Under the pieces are notes generated by a model. The model ran no database searches and was not told the DNA's origin. It saw nothing but the letters and a program-made list of their open reading frames with translations. A DNA stretch of 64,000 nucleotides, taken from Deltaproteobacteria bacterium (GTDB taxonomy: Bacteria; Myxococcota_A; Polyangia; HGW-17). The translations under genes and the position numbers were made by a program. The stretch spans positions 149,267 to 213,266 of the forward strand of contig JAFGWM010000040.1 of NCBI GenBank assembly GCA_016937155.1, given 5' to 3'. Below are positions 38,587 to 48,842 of this stretch, piece after piece; position 1 is the stretch's first letter, and each line of letters starts with the position of its first letter.

Positions 38587-40452
38587 ATGAGTAGATCTGA
38601 TTACCAGTTATTTACCCGTGAAACACGGGCTATTATTTTTAATCTGCAGGCAAATGCAATCCAGAGAATGCTTGATTTCGATCATGTCTGCAAAAGAGAA
38701 AAGCCTTCGGTTGCGGCTGTTGTAAATCCAAATGCCAAGCAGGGCGGGTTTCATAAAGTATTTTGGGGTACAAAAGAGATTCTGATTCCTGTTTACAACA
38801 CAATTGATCAGGCTGTTACCAAACACAATGATGCTGATGTTATGATAAACTTTGCATCATTCAGAAGTGCTTTTCAGACAAGTGTTGATGCACTGCATGC
38901 TGACACCATTAAAACTGTGGTTATCATAGCTGAGGGAGTTCCTGAAAGAAGAGCAAGGGAGCTTGCTGCTATGGCACAGAAAATGGGAAAAATAATTATT
39001 GGACCTGCAACCGTCGGGGGAATTCTGGCTGGTGGTTTTAAAATTGGTAACACCGGGGGAACGATTGAAAATATCATTGAATCAAAACTTCATCTTCAGG
39101 GCAGCGTTGGTTTTGTATCAAAGTCCGGTGGGATGAGTAATGAGGCTTACAATATCATTTCTCACAACAGTGATGGTCTTTATGAGGGTATAGCTATAGG
39201 TGGAGATTCGTATCCCGGAAGTACACTTTTGGATCATCTTTTGAGATATGAAGCTAATCCTGATGTAAAAATGATGGTTTGTCTTGGTGAAGTCGGTGGA
39301 ACAGAAGAATACAGAATAGTCGAGGCACTCAAGGAAAAACGCATTACCAAGCCCCTGGTGTGCTGGGTCACAGGAACTATTGCTTCCAGAATGAAGGGAG
39401 AAGTTCAGTTTGGTCATGCGGGAGCCAAAGCCGGGGCTTCTAATGAGACAGCAGAAGCAAAAAATAAAGCTCTAGCTGAAGCAGGAGCAATTGTTCCGGT
39501 TTCTTTTGATGATTATGGTGAAAAGATAAATCAGGAGTTTAAAAAACTTGAAGCTGCTGGAAAAATCGGCTCCCGTGAAGAGACAGAGGTTCCTTTTGTT
39601 CCTGTTGATTTCAAGACTGTTGCTAATAAGGTGAGAAAACCCACTGGTTTTATATGTACAATTACTGATGACAGTGGTGATGAACCTCTTTACTCTGGCG
39701 TTCCCATGAGTAAGGTTGTCGAGAACAATATGCCTCTTGGGGAAATGATTGGTCTTTTATGGTTCAAGAAAAAATTACCTGAATTTGCTGCAAGATACAT
39801 TGAACTTGTTCTAAGGCTTACTGCTGATCACGGACCATGTGTTAGTGGTGCCCATAACACAATAGTTACAGCAAGAGCAGGTCGGGATCTTATGAGCAGT
39901 GTTGCCGCTGGTATTCTCACCATAGGTCCAAGATTCGGTGGAGCTGTGAGCGGAGCAGCAAAACATTTCAGCAGTGCTCTTAAAAGCGGACTTTCCCCTC
40001 TTGAGTTTGTGAATGATATGAAAAAGAAGGGAATTAATATTCCCGGTATCGGTCACAGAATCAAAAGCGCTACTAATCCTGATATTCGTGTGACACTTAT
40101 CAAAGCTTTCGCAAAAGAGAATTTTGTTTCAACTCCCCATCTGGATTATGCACTGGAAGTTGAAAAAATTACACTAACTAAAAGAAATAATCTGATTCTC
40201 AATGTTGATGGTGCTATTGGAGTAATTTTCCTTGATTTAATGGAAAGCTGCGGAGAAATTTTCTCTGATCAGGAAAAATCAGAAATTGTAGAATTTGAAA
40301 TACTTAATGGTCTTTTCATGCTTGGAAGAACAATAGGAATGATAGGTCACTACTTTGATCAGAAGAGACTCAGAAGTGCTCTGTATCGTCATCCAATGGA
40401 TGATGTTCTCTACGACCTTCCTGATTCATCGGATCTGGGTTACGACTTCTAA
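38587..40452 (+). CDS. aclA: ATP-citrate lyase alpha subunit (CoA-binding, phospho-His and citryl-CoA lyase domains)
   Basis: 621 aa; CoA-ligase motif GFVSKSGGMSNE; phosphohistidine loop QFGHAGAKAG; citrate-synthase-like C-terminal domain. Confidence 0.85.
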   Translation: MSRSDYQLFTRETRAIIFNLQANAIQRMLDFDHVCKREKPSVAAVVNPNAKQGGFHKVFWGTKEILIPVYNTIDQAVTKHNDADVMINFASFRSAFQTSVDALHADTIKTVVIIAEGVPERRARELAAMAQKMGKIIIGPATVGGILAGGFKIGNTGGTIENIIESKLHLQGSVGFVSKSGGMSNEAYNIISHNSDGLYEGIAIGGDSYPGSTLLDHLLRYEANPDVKMMVCLGEVGGTEEYRIVEALKEKRITKPLVCWVTGTIASRMKGEVQFGHAGAKAGASNETAEAKNKALAEAGAIVPVSFDDYGEKINQEFKKLEAAGKIGSREETEVPFVPVDFKTVANKVRKPTGFICTITDDSGDEPLYSGVPMSKVVENNMPLGEMIGLLWFKKKLPEFAARYIELVLRLTADHGPCVSGAHNTIVTARAGRDLMSSVAAGILTIGPRFGGAVSGAAKHFSSALKSGLSPLEFVNDMKKKGINIPGIGHRIKSATNPDIRVTLIKAFAKENFVSTPHLDYALEVEKITLTKRNNLILNVDGAIGVIFLDLMESCGEIFSDQEKSEIVEFEILNGLFMLGRTIGMIGHYFDQKRLRSALYRHPMDDVLYDLPDSSDLGYDF

Positions 40453-40530
40453 TATACTGTTTCGATTTAAATCTTCTATCTCTAATAAATATACCTTGAA
40501 AACTGATATTCAGATGATAAATATCAAGGT

Positions 40531-42186
40531 ATGAATTTCAAAAAATATTACTTACTTTACATTATTTTTCTGTTTGTAGGCTGTGATTCCGATGAGAACC
40601 CGCTTAATAACAACGTTTTCAATAATAACAATGTTCAGGTCTATAATCTGGAGGTAGTTTACCCACCTGCTGGAGAAATAAATATAGCGGCGGGTGAAAC
40701 CGATGTTTTAGAATTAAAGCTTAGTGATGAAAAAGGAAATCCTGTTAAAGAAGAGCGCATAGATTTTATGATTGTTGGTACTGCTGGAGGTAGTTCACTG
40801 GGGACTACTTCAGGAATTACAGATAGTCAGGGAAGTGTTTCAATTGTACTTCGGACTGGGACCATGAGTGCTCATTTTACTATTACGGGGGAGCATACCA
40901 ATGCTGCACCAGTATCAATAGATGTGACAGTATCAGAAGAGGGTTCAGTAGATTTTCATGCCACAATCGATTATTCCGGGAAGTATGATTTGGAAGAGAT
41001 AGACGAGATAGAGGTTGGGGTTTCTTTTAACAGTAACTGTGAAAAATCACTTGAATCAATGATTATTTCAAGAAAAAGATATCTTGATGATTTTAATGGT
41101 GTCGCTGTTTTTGAAGATCTACCGGTTGATCTTCCATTTGTTCTTCTATCACTTTTTCGCAGTTCTGATGATAATCTTCTTGCATGGGGTTGTGTTGAGC
41201 CGGATCCAATGACACTTGTTCCAGGAAATACAGTTGATATTTCTATACCTACTGATGATTATGAAATGCTTATGACAGAGCCATTTCCTGTTACATACAC
41301 AGTTTATACAGGCTTATATGGAGAATTTCTTGATGAGTATCTTCAGGACTGGTTTACAGTTGGGGAATGTAACTATGCTTTAGCTGCGAGGTTCTTTGAT
41401 TGTCTGGTATCCTGGCTTGAGGGAAATCCTTCAGATGCATGTGAAAGAGGTGAAGAAACACCTCTTAGTGCAGAGATTACTCATCTAAGAGGAACCTTTA
41501 ATATTGATGGGTGTAGAGGTCCCTATAATTCGGAAGGTGATATTAGTCTGGAATATATTTTTCAAAATATGGCTGAAGGAATAGATGATATTCAGTACAG
41601 TCTTATCAGGACAGTTGATGAGTTGAATATAAAACCGTTCCAGATAATTGAACTTAATTCTCAGCTTCTTTACACTGATCAAATGCTTTCAAATAATGTT
41701 GAAAGTATTTCATTCCCAAGACTTGATACAGATAAATGGTTAATAATGCAGGGCTATGAGGAAACATGCAGATGGTCAGCATCTGTTCCGGTACTTACCC
41801 AAAATATCAGTATTTTTGGGGAATATATGAAGTGCAACGTTTTAAAGACGATTTTAAGTGTAATTTCCTCCTGGGATTTTGATGGTCTTGGAATATCCAT
41901 GACGGGTGATTCGATAAAAAATCTTATTCTTGAATATGTTGATGAAGAGTATGGTGGCAATCCGTATGAGGTAATGGCTGAGATTTTCCACGAAAATCTG
42001 GTTTCTGACGATATTATCAATGCTTTTCAATTGTTTGTTGACAGTCTCAGACTTGAATCAATTGGAATTACTACTGGAGATCTCGTTTATTCAGGTGAAT
42101 TTTCGTTTTATGATCAGGATATGGATGGAAATGTTGAGTCGGTGGATTATTCCATAGATGTTGATTTGTATCCCCAGGGATTTTAA
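40531..42186 (+). CDS. hypothetical lipoprotein with Asn-rich linker
   Basis: lipobox LFVGCDSDEN; linker NPLNNNVFNNNNVQ; 551 aa, no recognisable catalytic motif. Confidence 0.5.
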   Translation: MNFKKYYLLYIIFLFVGCDSDENPLNNNVFNNNNVQVYNLEVVYPPAGEINIAAGETDVLELKLSDEKGNPVKEERIDFMIVGTAGGSSLGTTSGITDSQGSVSIVLRTGTMSAHFTITGEHTNAAPVSIDVTVSEEGSVDFHATIDYSGKYDLEEIDEIEVGVSFNSNCEKSLESMIISRKRYLDDFNGVAVFEDLPVDLPFVLLSLFRSSDDNLLAWGCVEPDPMTLVPGNTVDISIPTDDYEMLMTEPFPVTYTVYTGLYGEFLDEYLQDWFTVGECNYALAARFFDCLVSWLEGNPSDACERGEETPLSAEITHLRGTFNIDGCRGPYNSEGDISLEYIFQNMAEGIDDIQYSLIRTVDELNIKPFQIIELNSQLLYTDQMLSNNVESISFPRLDTDKWLIMQGYEETCRWSASVPVLTQNISIFGEYMKCNVLKTILSVISSWDFDGLGISMTGDSIKNLILEYVDEEYGGNPYEVMAEIFHENLVSDDIINAFQLFVDSLRLESIGITTGDLVYSGEFSFYDQDMDGNVESVDYSIDVDLYPQGF

Positions 42187-42431
42187 AATTATATAGAATG
42201 TTAAATTATTGTGTTAAAACAGAATGTTATAAAGTTATTCGGAAAAAAAGAAGAATCAAAAAAAATTTAGTATGTCTGTGATATTCACAATGTTTTTTTG
42301 AACTAATTGAAATAGCTCTTGACACAGGGCTAAAAATCATTATCAATACCGTGTCTTATTTTGCTTTCGGTGGTTGAATAAAAACATCGAATGATTGGTT
42401 TTGAACATCAGAAGGTTTTAAAGGTAGAATT

Positions 42432-43046
42432 ATGGCAAGATATTTAGGCCCCAGAGTTAAAGTATTAAGATCATTGGGATTAGATCTCCCAGGACTTACT
42501 TCCAAATCAATGCAGCGCAGGCCCGCAAGACCTGGACAGCATGGTGCAAAGAGAAAAGGTAGAAAGTCCGATTTCGGTCGTCAGTTGTCTGAGAAGCAGA
42601 AAATCAGATATAATTACGGAATTGGTGAAAAACAGCTTCGTCGTCTTATGAAAGAAGCCAGAAGATCAAAACAGGCAACTGGTGAAAAACTGGGTGAACT
42701 TCTTGAAAGAAGACTTGATAATGTGGTATTTCGTGCAGGTTACGCAAGAACTATTCCTCAGGCAAGACAGCTTGTAAACCATGCTCACTTTACTGTCAAC
42801 GGCCGTAAAGTTGATGTTCCTTCCTTCCGTGTAAAAGAAGGTGACACAATTACTCTCAGGACAAAAAGTGAAAATCTTGGTGTTGTGGCTGAGTCACTTG
42901 AATCACCGACTCTTTCAAGACCTGACTGGATTGATGTGGATAATGGGAAAAAACTGACTCAGGTTAAAAGTCTCCCCACAGTTGAATCAATTCCCTTTGA
43001 GCTGGATCTTCAGGCAGTTGTTGAATACTACTCCAAGAGAATGTAA
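42432..43046 (+). CDS. rpsD: 30S ribosomal protein S4
   Basis: MARYLGPRVKVLRSLG... N-terminus and S4 domain (RRLDNVVFRAGYARTIPQARQLVNHAHFTVNGRKVDVPSF). Confidence 0.95.
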   Translation: MARYLGPRVKVLRSLGLDLPGLTSKSMQRRPARPGQHGAKRKGRKSDFGRQLSEKQKIRYNYGIGEKQLRRLMKEARRSKQATGEKLGELLERRLDNVVFRAGYARTIPQARQLVNHAHFTVNGRKVDVPSFRVKEGDTITLRTKSENLGVVAESLESPTLSRPDWIDVDNGKKLTQVKSLPTVESIPFELDLQAVVEYYSKRM

Positions 43047-43118
43047 TTCATCCTGTTAGTTTGAAACTTTCTGATATTATAAATATTTTGGGGAATAATG
43101 AAGGGTGTTGTGGCTTCT

Positions 43119-43541
43119 TTATTTCTCTAGAATTTCTGCAATGGTGGACTCAGTATATGGTCCTAGTAGAACATCCTGAATAATTTTATCCTTGATTATA
43201 ATTGTTGTTGGAGTTGCAAGAACTCCAAAGCTTCTTGCAGTGTTCAGATCCGAACTGAGATCAATAACAAAGACATTTTCTTTGTCTTTTTCAAACTGTT
43301 TCATCCATGGAGTCATTTTTGCACATGCGTTGCATCTGGGTGCATAAAAATAAAAAAGGGATTTTTCTCCACTTTCAATAATTTTCCCCATTTTCCCCAT
43401 TAAAGCAGGCGCTGGTTTTCCCTTCTGTCCTTTTATTTTCATTACAGTCATGATCTGAATGATCATAAACAGGGCAAAGATACCAAGAAGAATATAAACA
43501 ATAATCATAGTGTGTTTCGTCCTTTCAGGATAGTCTTTCAA
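43119..43541 (-). CDS. membrane-anchored thioredoxin-fold protein (CxxC = CNAC)
   Basis: 140 aa; N-terminal TM helix; YFYAPRCNACAKMTP active-site context. Confidence 0.65.
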   Translation of the reverse strand: MKDYPERTKHTMIIVYILLGIFALFMIIQIMTVMKIKGQKGKPAPALMGKMGKIIESGEKSLFYFYAPRCNACAKMTPWMKQFEKDKENVFVIDLSSDLNTARSFGVLATPTTIIIKDKIIQDVLLGPYTESTIAEILEK

Positions 43542-43737
43542 AAGAGAAGACGGTAATAAAATATCCTCATTTACATGATGAAAATAGTAACGATTTTATC
43601 AATGTCAATTTCACAGTTATCAACTCATTGCCAAATTCCAATTAACTGCTTGAATGTATTGAAATGGTATCTTCATTCTGATATGTTTGCCATCTGAAGT
43701 TTCGGAAATTAATTTTCAAGCAGGATTAGGTGATTGA

Positions 43738-44778
43738 ATGGATAAAATTGTTGAATGTGTTCCAAATTTTTCAGATGGGGTGAATCCTGAAGTTCACGCT
43801 GCAATTGGAAAGGCTATTTCCTCTGTAAAGGGAGTTAGACTTCTGGATATAGATCCCGATGCTTCATATAACCGTGTTGTTGTGACTTTTGTTGGGGAGC
43901 CTCAGCCCTGTGTAGAAGCTGCACTAAGAGCGACCAGGGTAGCCGTCGATATGATCGATATGCGAACACAAAAAGGTGAACATCCAAGATTTGGCGCAAT
44001 TGATGTCTGTCCCTTTGTTCCTGTCAGAGGTGTTACGATGGCAGACTGCGTGGAGTTATCAAAACAGTATGGGAAAAGAGCATCTGAAGATTTTGGAGTT
44101 CCTGTTTTTCTGTATGAACAGAGTGCATCAAGACCGGACAGAAAAAACCTTGCCACAGTAAGGGCCGGGGAATATGAAGGTCTTGAAGAAAAATTTAAAA
44201 ATCCTGACTGGGCTCCTGATTTTGGTCCCGCCAAATTCGTTCCGCATTTCGGTGCAGTTGCAACAGGAGCAAGATTTTTTCTTGTCGCCTATAATGTTAA
44301 TATGGGAACAAGTGATGTTTCGATAACACATGATATTGCACTGACAATCAGACAAATGGGAAAACCACGCAAAAAGGATGGAAAATTTGTTCTTAATGCT
44401 GCCGGGAAGAAGATTTTTGATCCCGGAAAATTGAGAATGGTAAAGGCAATGGGTGTTCCACTTGAGAATGATCCGAGAACTCAGATTTCAATGAATTTGA
44501 ACAACTATCTTATTACTCCTCCTCATGTTGCTTTTGAAGAAGCCAGATTTGAGGCTGAAAAAAGAAATATAAAAGTAACTGGAAGTGAAATTGTGGGTCT
44601 TGTCCCCCTTGCCCCCGTTATTATGGCGGCTCACTACTACCTTCATACTCAGGGTGAAAGTGGGCTAAAAATGACAGAAGAGGAACTTGTGGGTGTAGCT
44701 CATGATTATCTCGGATTGTCGGATTACAAGAAATTTGAAAGTTCCAAAAAAATAATTGAAATGGCCGTAAGGTCATAA
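43738..44778 (+). CDS. glutamate formimidoyltransferase (FtcD transferase domain, stand-alone)
   Basis: N-terminus MDKIVECVPNFSDG matches the formiminotransferase domain; 346 aa. Confidence 0.8.
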   Translation: MDKIVECVPNFSDGVNPEVHAAIGKAISSVKGVRLLDIDPDASYNRVVVTFVGEPQPCVEAALRATRVAVDMIDMRTQKGEHPRFGAIDVCPFVPVRGVTMADCVELSKQYGKRASEDFGVPVFLYEQSASRPDRKNLATVRAGEYEGLEEKFKNPDWAPDFGPAKFVPHFGAVATGARFFLVAYNVNMGTSDVSITHDIALTIRQMGKPRKKDGKFVLNAAGKKIFDPGKLRMVKAMGVPLENDPRTQISMNLNNYLITPPHVAFEEARFEAEKRNIKVTGSEIVGLVPLAPVIMAAHYYLHTQGESGLKMTEEELVGVAHDYLGLSDYKKFESSKKIIEMAVRS

Positions 44779-44793
44779 TTCAGGAGGAAAAAA

Positions 44794-45444
44794 ATGGCCG
44801 ATAAATCACAGGCTTCATTACTCGCGTATCTACCATTAGCCAGTTTCATTCAGAATGTTTCATCCCGTTCACCGGCTCCAGGTGGTGGAAGTGTAGCCGC
44901 CCTCAGTGGATCTCTTGGTGCTTCACTGGGAGCGATGGTATGCCGATTGACCATTGGTAAGAAAAAATACAAGGAAGTTGAAGATTTGATGAGAAATACA
45001 GAAAAACTTCTGTTACCTCTAAGAGATAAATTGCGTGATCTTATTGATGATGATACTCAGGCATTTGACAGTGTTATGGAAGCTTTTGGCCTTCCTGATG
45101 GAACTCCTGAAGAGAAGAAGATTAAGGATGAACAGATTATGCTTGCTTCACAGAAGGCTGCTATGGTTCCACTTCATGTTATGAAGAAGTGTCTGGAGGC
45201 GGTTGAACTCCTTAAAGATGTTGCTCATTATGGAAATGTGAACTCCATTTCGGATGCTGGTGTCGCAAATTACTGCCTTAAAACTGGTTTTGAAGGTGCA
45301 AAATTAAATGTTCTGATAAATACAAAGGATATGGAAGATTCTCAGTGGAAAAGTGAAGTTATGAACGAGGTTAAAGAATTATCTGTAGTTTTTGAAGATG
45401 CATATAATATAAATGACAGGTTTGTTCTTGAGAGACTTGGTTGA
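44794..45444 (+). CDS. formimidoyltetrahydrofolate cyclodeaminase (FtcD cyclodeaminase domain, stand-alone)
   Basis: motif SPAPGGGSVAALSGSLGASLGAMVCRLTIGKKKY; 216 aa; adjacent to the formiminotransferase gene. Confidence 0.8.
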   Translation: MADKSQASLLAYLPLASFIQNVSSRSPAPGGGSVAALSGSLGASLGAMVCRLTIGKKKYKEVEDLMRNTEKLLLPLRDKLRDLIDDDTQAFDSVMEAFGLPDGTPEEKKIKDEQIMLASQKAAMVPLHVMKKCLEAVELLKDVAHYGNVNSISDAGVANYCLKTGFEGAKLNVLINTKDMEDSQWKSEVMNEVKELSVVFEDAYNINDRFVLERLG

Positions 45445-46295
45445 TGACGAGTGATTGGTTTACAACCAGCGATGGTGTAAAACTCAAATACCAGATAACG
45501 GGCACAGGTCCTGCTTTTGTTCTTGCAAACGGGCTTGGTGGGTCATTTCCCGCATGGCACTATATTATTGATTACTTCAGCGATCATTTTACTTTCTATA
45601 CATGGGATTACAGGGGACTTTTCGAAAGTACCGGTCCGGAAGATCCTGATAGTATAACAGTTCATTCTCAAAGCAGGGATCTTGATGAACTCATGGCTTT
45701 TTGGGGAATAGAAAAAGCTGTTTTTGCAGGATGGAGCTATGGTGGGCAGGTACTTGTGGATTATTATTCAAAAAGGCCCGAAAAATTCAAAGCTCTTATA
45801 CTTTTGAATGCCATGGTTGGAAGTGCCGGGGATTCTCAGAGTATTCCCACTGTTTTACTTCCTCTTTATAAAAGAATTCTTGGTTTATGGTCTATGGGGT
45901 GGCATATGTTGAAACCTCTTGCCGGAAAAGCTGTTTCAAGTGGTGTTTTTCTCAATTTTATAAAGGGGACCGGTCTTATTTCATCATCTCTTGATGATTT
46001 ACTTTTTGAAGAAATGGCTCTCAACTTTGTAAATCTTGATCATAAAGCATTTCAGGCTACTCTTGAAAGTGCTCAGAATTTTAATGGAATGGATGTACTT
46101 GATACAATTACTATTCCGGCTCTTGTAATTGCTGGAAGCCGGGATTTTATCGTAATGCCATCATCTTCCAGAACCATAGCTTCCAGAATTCCTAATTGTA
46201 ATTTGAAAATAATAAAAAATACTTCCCACTACAGTGCTGTGGAAAAACCTGCTGAAGTAATAACTTCCATGGAAAACTTCATATCCAGACTGTGA
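45441..46295 (+). CDS. alpha/beta-hydrolase fold protein
   Basis: nucleophile elbow GWSYG; 284 aa; specificity unknown. Confidence 0.65.
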   Translation: MMTSDWFTTSDGVKLKYQITGTGPAFVLANGLGGSFPAWHYIIDYFSDHFTFYTWDYRGLFESTGPEDPDSITVHSQSRDLDELMAFWGIEKAVFAGWSYGGQVLVDYYSKRPEKFKALILLNAMVGSAGDSQSIPTVLLPLYKRILGLWSMGWHMLKPLAGKAVSSGVFLNFIKGTGLISSSLDDLLFEEMALNFVNLDHKAFQATLESAQNFNGMDVLDTITIPALVIAGSRDFIVMPSSSRTIASRIPNCNLKIIKNTSHYSAVEKPAEVITSMENFISRL

Positions 46296-46308
46296 GACCG
46301 GATTCAAA

Positions 46309-47088
46309 ATGATTAATGTACTTATTACCAATGATGATGGAATTTTTTCCAAAGGTATTGGAATACTTTCAGAAACTCTTGGAAAGCAGGGGTATAATGT
46401 TTGGGTCGTAGCACCGGATAGAGAAAGAAGTGCTGTTTCTCATACGATTACATTAAGAGATCCTTTAAGGATTAATGAAATCGCAAAACAGACATTTGCA
46501 GTTTCAGGGACACCGGCTGATTGTGCATATATGGGTATGTTTTATGTGATGCCTGAAATTCCGGATATTGTTATTTCAGGAATAAATAATGGATACAATC
46601 TTGGAAATGATATTTTTTACAGTGGAACGATTGCAGGAGCATTCGAAGCTGCTCTAAGGGGTATAAGCAGTATCAGTGCAAGTTCAGATAGAGGTTCAAC
46701 AGAAAATCAGTTAAAAGATTTTTCAGAAAAAATAGGAAATATTATTCCTTCTGTGTGTGAAAAATCAGGAAAATCAATTCTTTATAATATGAATTATCCA
46801 CCTGTTGAAGAGTGTAAAGGATACATGTTTACAAGTGTTGGACACAGGAATTACAGTAATGTGGTTGATATCCGCAAGGATCCTAAAGGTGCTGAATACT
46901 TCTGGATTGGAGGACCTGTCTCAAAGGGTTATGAAAATCTTCAGGGAGGGGAAAGATCTGCACTTGATTCGGGATGCATAAGTATTTCTCCAATAGATCC
47001 ATTTATTTATTCCAAAGATGACTCTTCAATGTACAACATGATCAAGTCTGATGATCTTTCAGCACTAAAGGCAATGTTTAACGATTAA
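46309..47088 (+). CDS. surE: 5'/3'-nucleotidase SurE
   Basis: N-terminal MINVLITNDDGIFSKGI signature. Confidence 0.85.
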   Translation: MINVLITNDDGIFSKGIGILSETLGKQGYNVWVVAPDRERSAVSHTITLRDPLRINEIAKQTFAVSGTPADCAYMGMFYVMPEIPDIVISGINNGYNLGNDIFYSGTIAGAFEAALRGISSISASSDRGSTENQLKDFSEKIGNIIPSVCEKSGKSILYNMNYPPVEECKGYMFTSVGHRNYSNVVDIRKDPKGAEYFWIGGPVSKGYENLQGGERSALDSGCISISPIDPFIYSKDDSSMYNMIKSDDLSALKAMFND

Positions 47089-47103
47089 TTCTGGAAGTTA
47101 TTA

Positions 47104-48045
47104 ATGAAAATTTCAAAACAAGATTCAAAAAAATATGGATTTCTATTTTTCAAAGGAACTATGATGGGTGCTGCAGATGTTGTTCCCGGTGTCAGTGGGG
47201 GAACCATAGCATTCATTATGGGTATTTATGATCAGTTTGTAGCTGCCATAAACAGTATAAATATTGATGCATTCAGATTGCTTTTCAAAGGAAAAATAAG
47301 AGAAGCTTTTTCCCGGGTTCATTTATCCTTTTTAATTCCACTGGGTCTCGGAATATCCTTTTCAATAATTTCTCTGGCAAAGCTTGTTACATGGTTAATT
47401 ACAAAATATCCGGTCTATGTCTGGTCTTTCTTTTTTGGTCTTATAATAGCTTCAAGCTGGTTTGTGGTTAAAGAAATAGGCAGAATTAAAATACCTGTAA
47501 TTATTTCCCTTGCTCTTGGGTTTATCTTCGCCTGGTTGATTGTTGGTATTATTCCAGTAAGTTCTCCGGATAACTGGTATTTTACAGTTTTTGCAGGGGC
47601 TATTTCCATTATTGCCATGGTACTACCGGGAATAAGCGGTTCCTTTATACTTCTTTTGATAGGGCAATATGAAAGAATAATGACAGCAGTAAAAAGTCTT
47701 CAACTGAGTACTATGGCAACATTTTCACTGGGAAGTGCTCTTGGAATATTATCCTTCAGCAGACTTTTGGGATATCTCCTCAATAAGCATAGAGAAGTAA
47801 CAATGGCTATGCTGGCGGGATTTATGATGGGATCGTTGAGAAAGGTTTGGCCATATAAGGAAATTCTTGAAATAAAAATTGTGGGAGGAAAAGAAATTCC
47901 CATCAAATCAATAAATGTGCTTCCTGGAAATATGGACGGTTCATTTTTCTTTGCTCTTATGTGTGCCATTTCTGGGATTGTACTTGTTTTTGTGTTAGAA
48001 GGAATTTCTGGAAGTATGAAAGGAGATCAAGATGAAACTGCTTGA
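47104..48045 (+). CDS. DUF368-family membrane protein
   Basis: motif GVSGGTIAFIMGIYD and polytopic topology typical of DUF368. Confidence 0.7.
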   Translation: MKISKQDSKKYGFLFFKGTMMGAADVVPGVSGGTIAFIMGIYDQFVAAINSINIDAFRLLFKGKIREAFSRVHLSFLIPLGLGISFSIISLAKLVTWLITKYPVYVWSFFFGLIIASSWFVVKEIGRIKIPVIISLALGFIFAWLIVGIIPVSSPDNWYFTVFAGAISIIAMVLPGISGSFILLLIGQYERIMTAVKSLQLSTMATFSLGSALGILSFSRLLGYLLNKHREVTMAMLAGFMMGSLRKVWPYKEILEIKIVGGKEIPIKSINVLPGNMDGSFFFALMCAISGIVLVFVLEGISGSMKGDQDETA

Positions 48046-48559
48046 AAAAACAATTAGGGCAATTCCTGATTTTCCTCAAAAAGGGATTATTTTTAGGGAT
48101 ATTACACCTGTTCTGGCAGAACCTTCAGTCTTTAAACATACTGTGGAATCATTATGTGAAAAAGCAGCTGCCACAAACTGTAATTCCATTGTTGCTATTG
48201 AAAGCAGGGGATTTCTTTTTGCAAGCGCAATGGCATACAAAATGAATCTTCCTCTGATAATTGTCAGAAAACCGGGAAAACTCCCATGGAAAGTGGAAAA
48301 AGAGGAATATTCTCTGGAGTATGGAACTGATACTCTGGAAATTCATAAAGATTCAATTACAAAAACTGACAAAATTGTCATAGTGGATGACCTTCTGGCT
48401 ACAGGTGGTACAGCCGCCGCCGCAGCGAGATTAGTAAAAAAACTAGGTGGATCTGTTGTAGGTTATCTTTTTGTTGTTGAACTTGACGGTCTTGGGGGCA
48501 GAGTTAAACTGAGTGAAGCACCGGTTGAATCATTGATAACATATAAGGAAGAAGGATAA
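48032..48559 (+). CDS. apt: adenine phosphoribosyltransferase
   Basis: PRPP-binding motif VIVDDLLATGGTA; 175 aa. Confidence 0.9.
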   Translation: MKLLEKTIRAIPDFPQKGIIFRDITPVLAEPSVFKHTVESLCEKAAATNCNSIVAIESRGFLFASAMAYKMNLPLIIVRKPGKLPWKVEKEEYSLEYGTDTLEIHKDSITKTDKIVIVDDLLATGGTAAAAARLVKKLGGSVVGYLFVVELDGLGGRVKLSEAPVESLITYKEEG

Positions 48560-48560
48560 G

Positions 48561-48842
48561 ATGGACGAAATAACTTATGATTATGAAGAAGATGGCGTTT
48601 TGGTTAGAAAGGAAATATCCAAGGAGTTTCTTTCAAAGGGTGCCTGGTCGACTGTGATGTTTAAATATCAGGAAATGGATGGAAAAACTAAAGAATATAA
48701 AGCTCCCAAGGTGGCTCTGGTGAGATATAAGAAAGCTAATGGTCGCTTCATGAAACAATCCAGTTTTAACATTTCCAGTAAAAAACAGGCTATGCAAATT
48801 TCTGATATTCTTCAGAAATGGTTTTCTGAGGAAGATGAATAA
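48561..48842 (+). CDS. hypothetical small protein
   Basis: 93-aa ORF tightly following apt; no recognisable motif. Confidence 0.4.
   Translation: MDEITYDYEEDGVLVRKEISKEFLSKGAWSTVMFKYQEMDGKTKEYKAPKVALVRYKKANGRFMKQSSFNISSKKQAMQISDILQKWFSEEDE

Noticed and set aside
35325-40452. Claim that the organism is a reductive-TCA autotroph
   Set aside because: Only aconitase-family and ACL genes are visible; 2-oxoglutarate:ferredoxin oxidoreductase, fumarate reductase and pyruvate synthase are not in the window, so autotrophy cannot be supported from this sequence
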